Assembly (NCBI GenBank): GCA_018398765.1
Contig: JAHBMJ010000317.1
Coordinates: forward strand, 1-51,120
Length of the DNA: 51,120 nucleotides
DNA from: Chromera velia
Lineage: Eukaryota
Direction: 5' to 3'
Shown here in pieces: positions 48,101 to 51,120 of this stretch. The position numbers were made by a program, and so were the translations under genes. Every line of letters begins with the position of its first letter. Positions within the stretch are counted from its first letter, which is position 1. Below the pieces are notes generated by a model, which saw only the letters and a list, made by a program, of their open reading frames with translations, ran no database searches and was not told the DNA's origin.

Positions 48101-49673
48101 GCTCGCTCGTATGTTGCATGTTTCATCTTCACTTTGTTGACCCAATCAGATGACTTAATTTCTTCTCACCAGAATTCTTCCTTCTAAAATTATTCAGAGG
48201 ACCATCATGCTGCGGTTAATTCTTTCTGTCCTACACTGACTGATTGACCGACCATCTCTTTCGGCTGAATCATCAGAGACTGCAGTGAGCCTGTGGAGAA
48301 TTTTCTCATCGGACTCCCTGGGTGTCCGTCTGCTGGTTGGGCCAGGCTCTGAGAGAGTGCTGATATCAGCCTTCTCTGAGAGGGCATGTTCTTTTTGTGC
48401 TCTGAGTCCACTGCGTAGACCTCTCTCTCATAGGCCTCAGGAAGCATCAGAGGCTCGTTGATCATGTCGGCCAAGCGTTCCAGACTGGCCTCAAGGTCAT
48501 CCTCCGTGTTTGCGTCTCCATCTGCAGTCCCACTCGCAGGGGTGCCGTCTCCTTCTGTCTCCTCTGTGTCTGGTGGGGAAGAGGGGAGAACGGACAACTG
48601 TCCGAAGTAGGTCGTCTGCTCGGCTGTCGTAAACGCGTTGTCGGAGCCTCCGTGGGTGCTCATCCAGTCGTCGAGACCTGACATGGAGTTGAAACGCCGG
48701 GATCCGAGAAAGAGCTGCAGGAGGAGGGAGACACACATCGATCGACACAGCATGAAGAGCTACTCACTGCAGGGTTATGTACACACAATCAAATGGCAGC
48801 TAGAACACGGAATCATAACGTACATTGAAGTTTGATTGATCATCGAAAGGGCCTTTGGGGCAGAATTTAGCGTGCACTGTCTTGTGAAAAAGTGCTCTCG
48901 AACATTGCTGCGGTGCAAGTGACTGTACTTCTGAGGAGCGCAGGGGGAGATATACATATAGCATGTCTGAAAGCATTGCCCACCATGTGTTCAGTCAAGT
49001 GAGCGAGTCCTTGAAGGTCTTCAGGGTCGCTGCAGAAAGAGAGAGAAAGACAGAGGGTGAGGGGGAGGGAGGACAAACGAGAGAGATGAGAGAATGAGAG
49101 GCTGAAAATCCACACAACGAGAGAAGCTTCTTCGCTCAATTCCCACACACACACACATGCACATGGTGTCTCTCCCCTTCATGCATGGGTCATGTAGCAT
49201 CCACCTGACTGTACACCACGAAAACACTATTCTTTTGTGGATGAAACATTGTGAAAACTAATACATTGGGGCTAATGTGACCTCTTTACCTCAGTGCACA
49301 GATGCGAAATGATACATTGTCGATGCATGCATGCTGGAGCTTGAGAGCATGGAAAATGACTGACCTACCTGTAGTAACCAACGCCCACTGTGAGAGAGTA
49401 TGAGAGGTCAGGAGATGTGGGGTCCTCAATGGTCAGAACCTTCAGACCGTTGGCGAGGACGAAGCATTCATACTCTGCAAAGTCCCCTGAAGGCTTCTCT
49501 ATGTGAAATGGACCTGAAGACACGCAGCTGCTGCTGGTGCCCACCAGGCTTCTTCTGCCTAGCGCAAACTCCCCACGACCTTTCTCGAGTTGTGTTGCCA
49601 CACTGATACCCAGAGAACAAATGCACAACAAAGAGGAAAGCCCCCACAAGGGAGGAATGGCAGAACTGGGCAT
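37348..49673 (-). CDS. Secreted M16A insulinase-like zinc metallopeptidase with long Thr/Ser/Glu/Pro-rich C-terminal extension; many exons
   Basis: Exon 1 (49673-49369): signal peptide + EKPSGDFAEYECFVLANGLKVL...VGVGYY. Exon 2 (49029-48984): DPEDLQGLAHLTEHM (inverted zinc motif HxxEH). Exon 3 (48714-48253): LFLGS...GGSDNAFT...EREVYAVDSEHKKN...KFSTGSLQSL. Later FHDQYYCADRMSLVI, FEYLRTEKQLGYVV, RQKIAIK|LYGS, a mucin-like exon at ~40682-39266, and terminal exons to the stop at 37348. Linkage of the last exons is inferred from splice-site-like boundaries. Confidence 0.9.
42043..42118. repeat. (GA)n microsatellite in an intron; similar GA/CA/CT tracts at 11822-11877, 26291-26340, 29150-29229, 51043-51120
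   Basis: Direct reading. Confidence 0.95.
42435..42486. mobile_element. Putative miniature hairpin element, copy 1 (degenerate), between 31-bp direct repeats
   Basis: 11-bp terminal inverted repeat CATACATTTAC/GTAAATGTATG; shares the 21-mer TGAAAAAGAATTCTGTATGAA with the reverse strand of copy 2; flanked by repeats 42406-42436 and 42491-42521. Confidence 0.7.
47286..47356. mobile_element. Putative miniature hairpin element, copy 2, between 36/40-bp direct repeats
   Basis: 26-bp inverted arms at 47286-47311 and 47329-47354 (24/26 match) with a 17-bp loop; flanked by repeats 47250-47285 and 47357-47396. Confidence 0.75.
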
Positions 49674-51039
49674 GATCACCAACTCAGAGAGGGACTGTTA
49701 GACTGGAGGCTTGAATCGTCTCTCTTCTGTTCTGTTCGATTCCCCTAAGTTTGTTATGACAAAAGCATTCGACCTCCTTTCAATGAGATCAGTCGATGAC
49801 GAGACCCACACAAGATCGTGGAGCTTTGGGCCTTCGTTCAGATTGAGTTTTCGTGTCGCGAGCTTGAATGCCTTCAAGGTCGGTCAAAGAATTACGCTGT
49901 ATCGCCTCGGGGGGCAGCTCAGCTCTGCTGAGATCAGCCGAGAGGCCCTGAGATCGCACGCACTCGCATAACGCATTTTTTCATTTTCGGGGGGGNGGGG
50001 GGGGGGGGGTCGCTTCTTTCTCCGTCTGTCACGGTGTCGCCCGAATTCCAAAATGTGCCCCTCAAGCAACTCGCACGGAGCCGCGATCGCATTACTTCGG
50101 ACATGCGTGCCCCTCAAGTAACTCGCACGGAGTTGCAAGTGCATTCGCGCGGTCCCGAAAAGCATACTTCGTGCGCGTTGCCGTGGCCCAAGCCCCCGAT
50201 GGTGTGCATCAATCAAATTTGCAGACCCCCTAAAGGGCCCCCCGAGGCACTCACCCAACTGGTTGGGTGTATCTCGTACATATATAGAGCTTCATGAAAT
50301 TTAGCTGCCATGCATGCACTCGCGTCACTGGGAGTGCACCCCAGATCTGACGTAAGCAAGCTTGCGAACGGCCCCGGAAAGCAAGAAAAATTACAACTAG
50401 TTCACCATGATGCAGTGCCACGCTATATGTAGCTGATTGAAGCCACGCAGAAAGTTGCACTCACATACAGTCAGGGCTAGACTCAGGTAGAGTCAGGGTG
50501 GGGGCATTACTAGGCGTTACCTGGCATTATCCAGACGTATGAAAGATTTAATATGTTTTTCTTAAAAAATATGGTAGAATGAAGACTAAATTTAAGAAAA
50601 TTTAAATAAATCTGTGACATAATTAATTTTCTTATATGAACTATCCTTTATTTTTTGTATAAAAAGCCGAAAAAATGTTTATAAATTAATTAAATGGATC
50701 TGAAATTTACAGGGCTAAATCTATAAACAAATTTATATACAAATTTTATAACTTGTTATATCATTGACTTAGTAAAAAATTTAATGCAAAGACTTAATCA
50801 ATAAATAATTCTTTAATGCTTACTATGGTTTGAACATTGGTTTCATTTATTATGTGGCAATCTTCAAAGTATGTTCACTGCGTTAAGTTCATCTGTTTCA
50901 AGATCAACGACCATCATCTCATTGCTCTTGATTTGTAGACAAAGATCCATAAAACGCGGGACGGAAGGAGAGAAAGAAGGGGTCTCTCTCTCCCCCGTTC
51001 TCGCTTTCTCTCTCTCTTTCTTTCTCTCTTTCTCTATGT

Positions 51040-51074
<35 letters not shown>

Positions 51075-51120
51075 CTCTCTCTCGCTCTCTCTCTCACTCT
51101 CTCTCTCGCTCTCTCTCTCT

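Noticed and set aside
50864..51097. 77-aa ORF at the window end
   Set aside because: Mostly (GA)n translation; the remainder is too short to support a gene call.

Overview
Eukaryotic, intron-rich genomic DNA. TGCATGCA motifs, signal+transit-peptide-like orphan proteins, a secreted insulinase and low-complexity-inflated proteins suggest an alveolate, possibly a chromerid or apicomplexan relative (inference only). GC-rich gene blocks alternate with AT-rich, TpA/CTAG-rich blocks of decayed repeats. Genes: ADAT1/Tad1 tRNA adenosine deaminase (-), an EF-hand/myosin-light-chain-like protein (-), clathrin light chain (+), a ~12 kb secreted M16 insulinase-like peptidase with a mucin-like tail (-), and several orphans. 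Mobile DNA: a near-complete Ty1/Copia element whose gag-pol frame is broken only by four in-frame stops, a 1.7 kb non-coding LTR element with a 4-bp TSD, two CTAGG-ended TIR elements with 8-bp TSDs, and a 47-bp minisatellite. Two signals stand out. (1) Duplicated DNA shows extreme C>T/G>A-type transition bias in all cytosine contexts with no indels, a RIP-like signature in an apparently non-fungal genome. (2) A tiny hairpin element occurs twice in the M16 gene, each copy between 31-40 bp duplications that span a 5' splice donor, and a third donor carries an empty 30-bp duplication.
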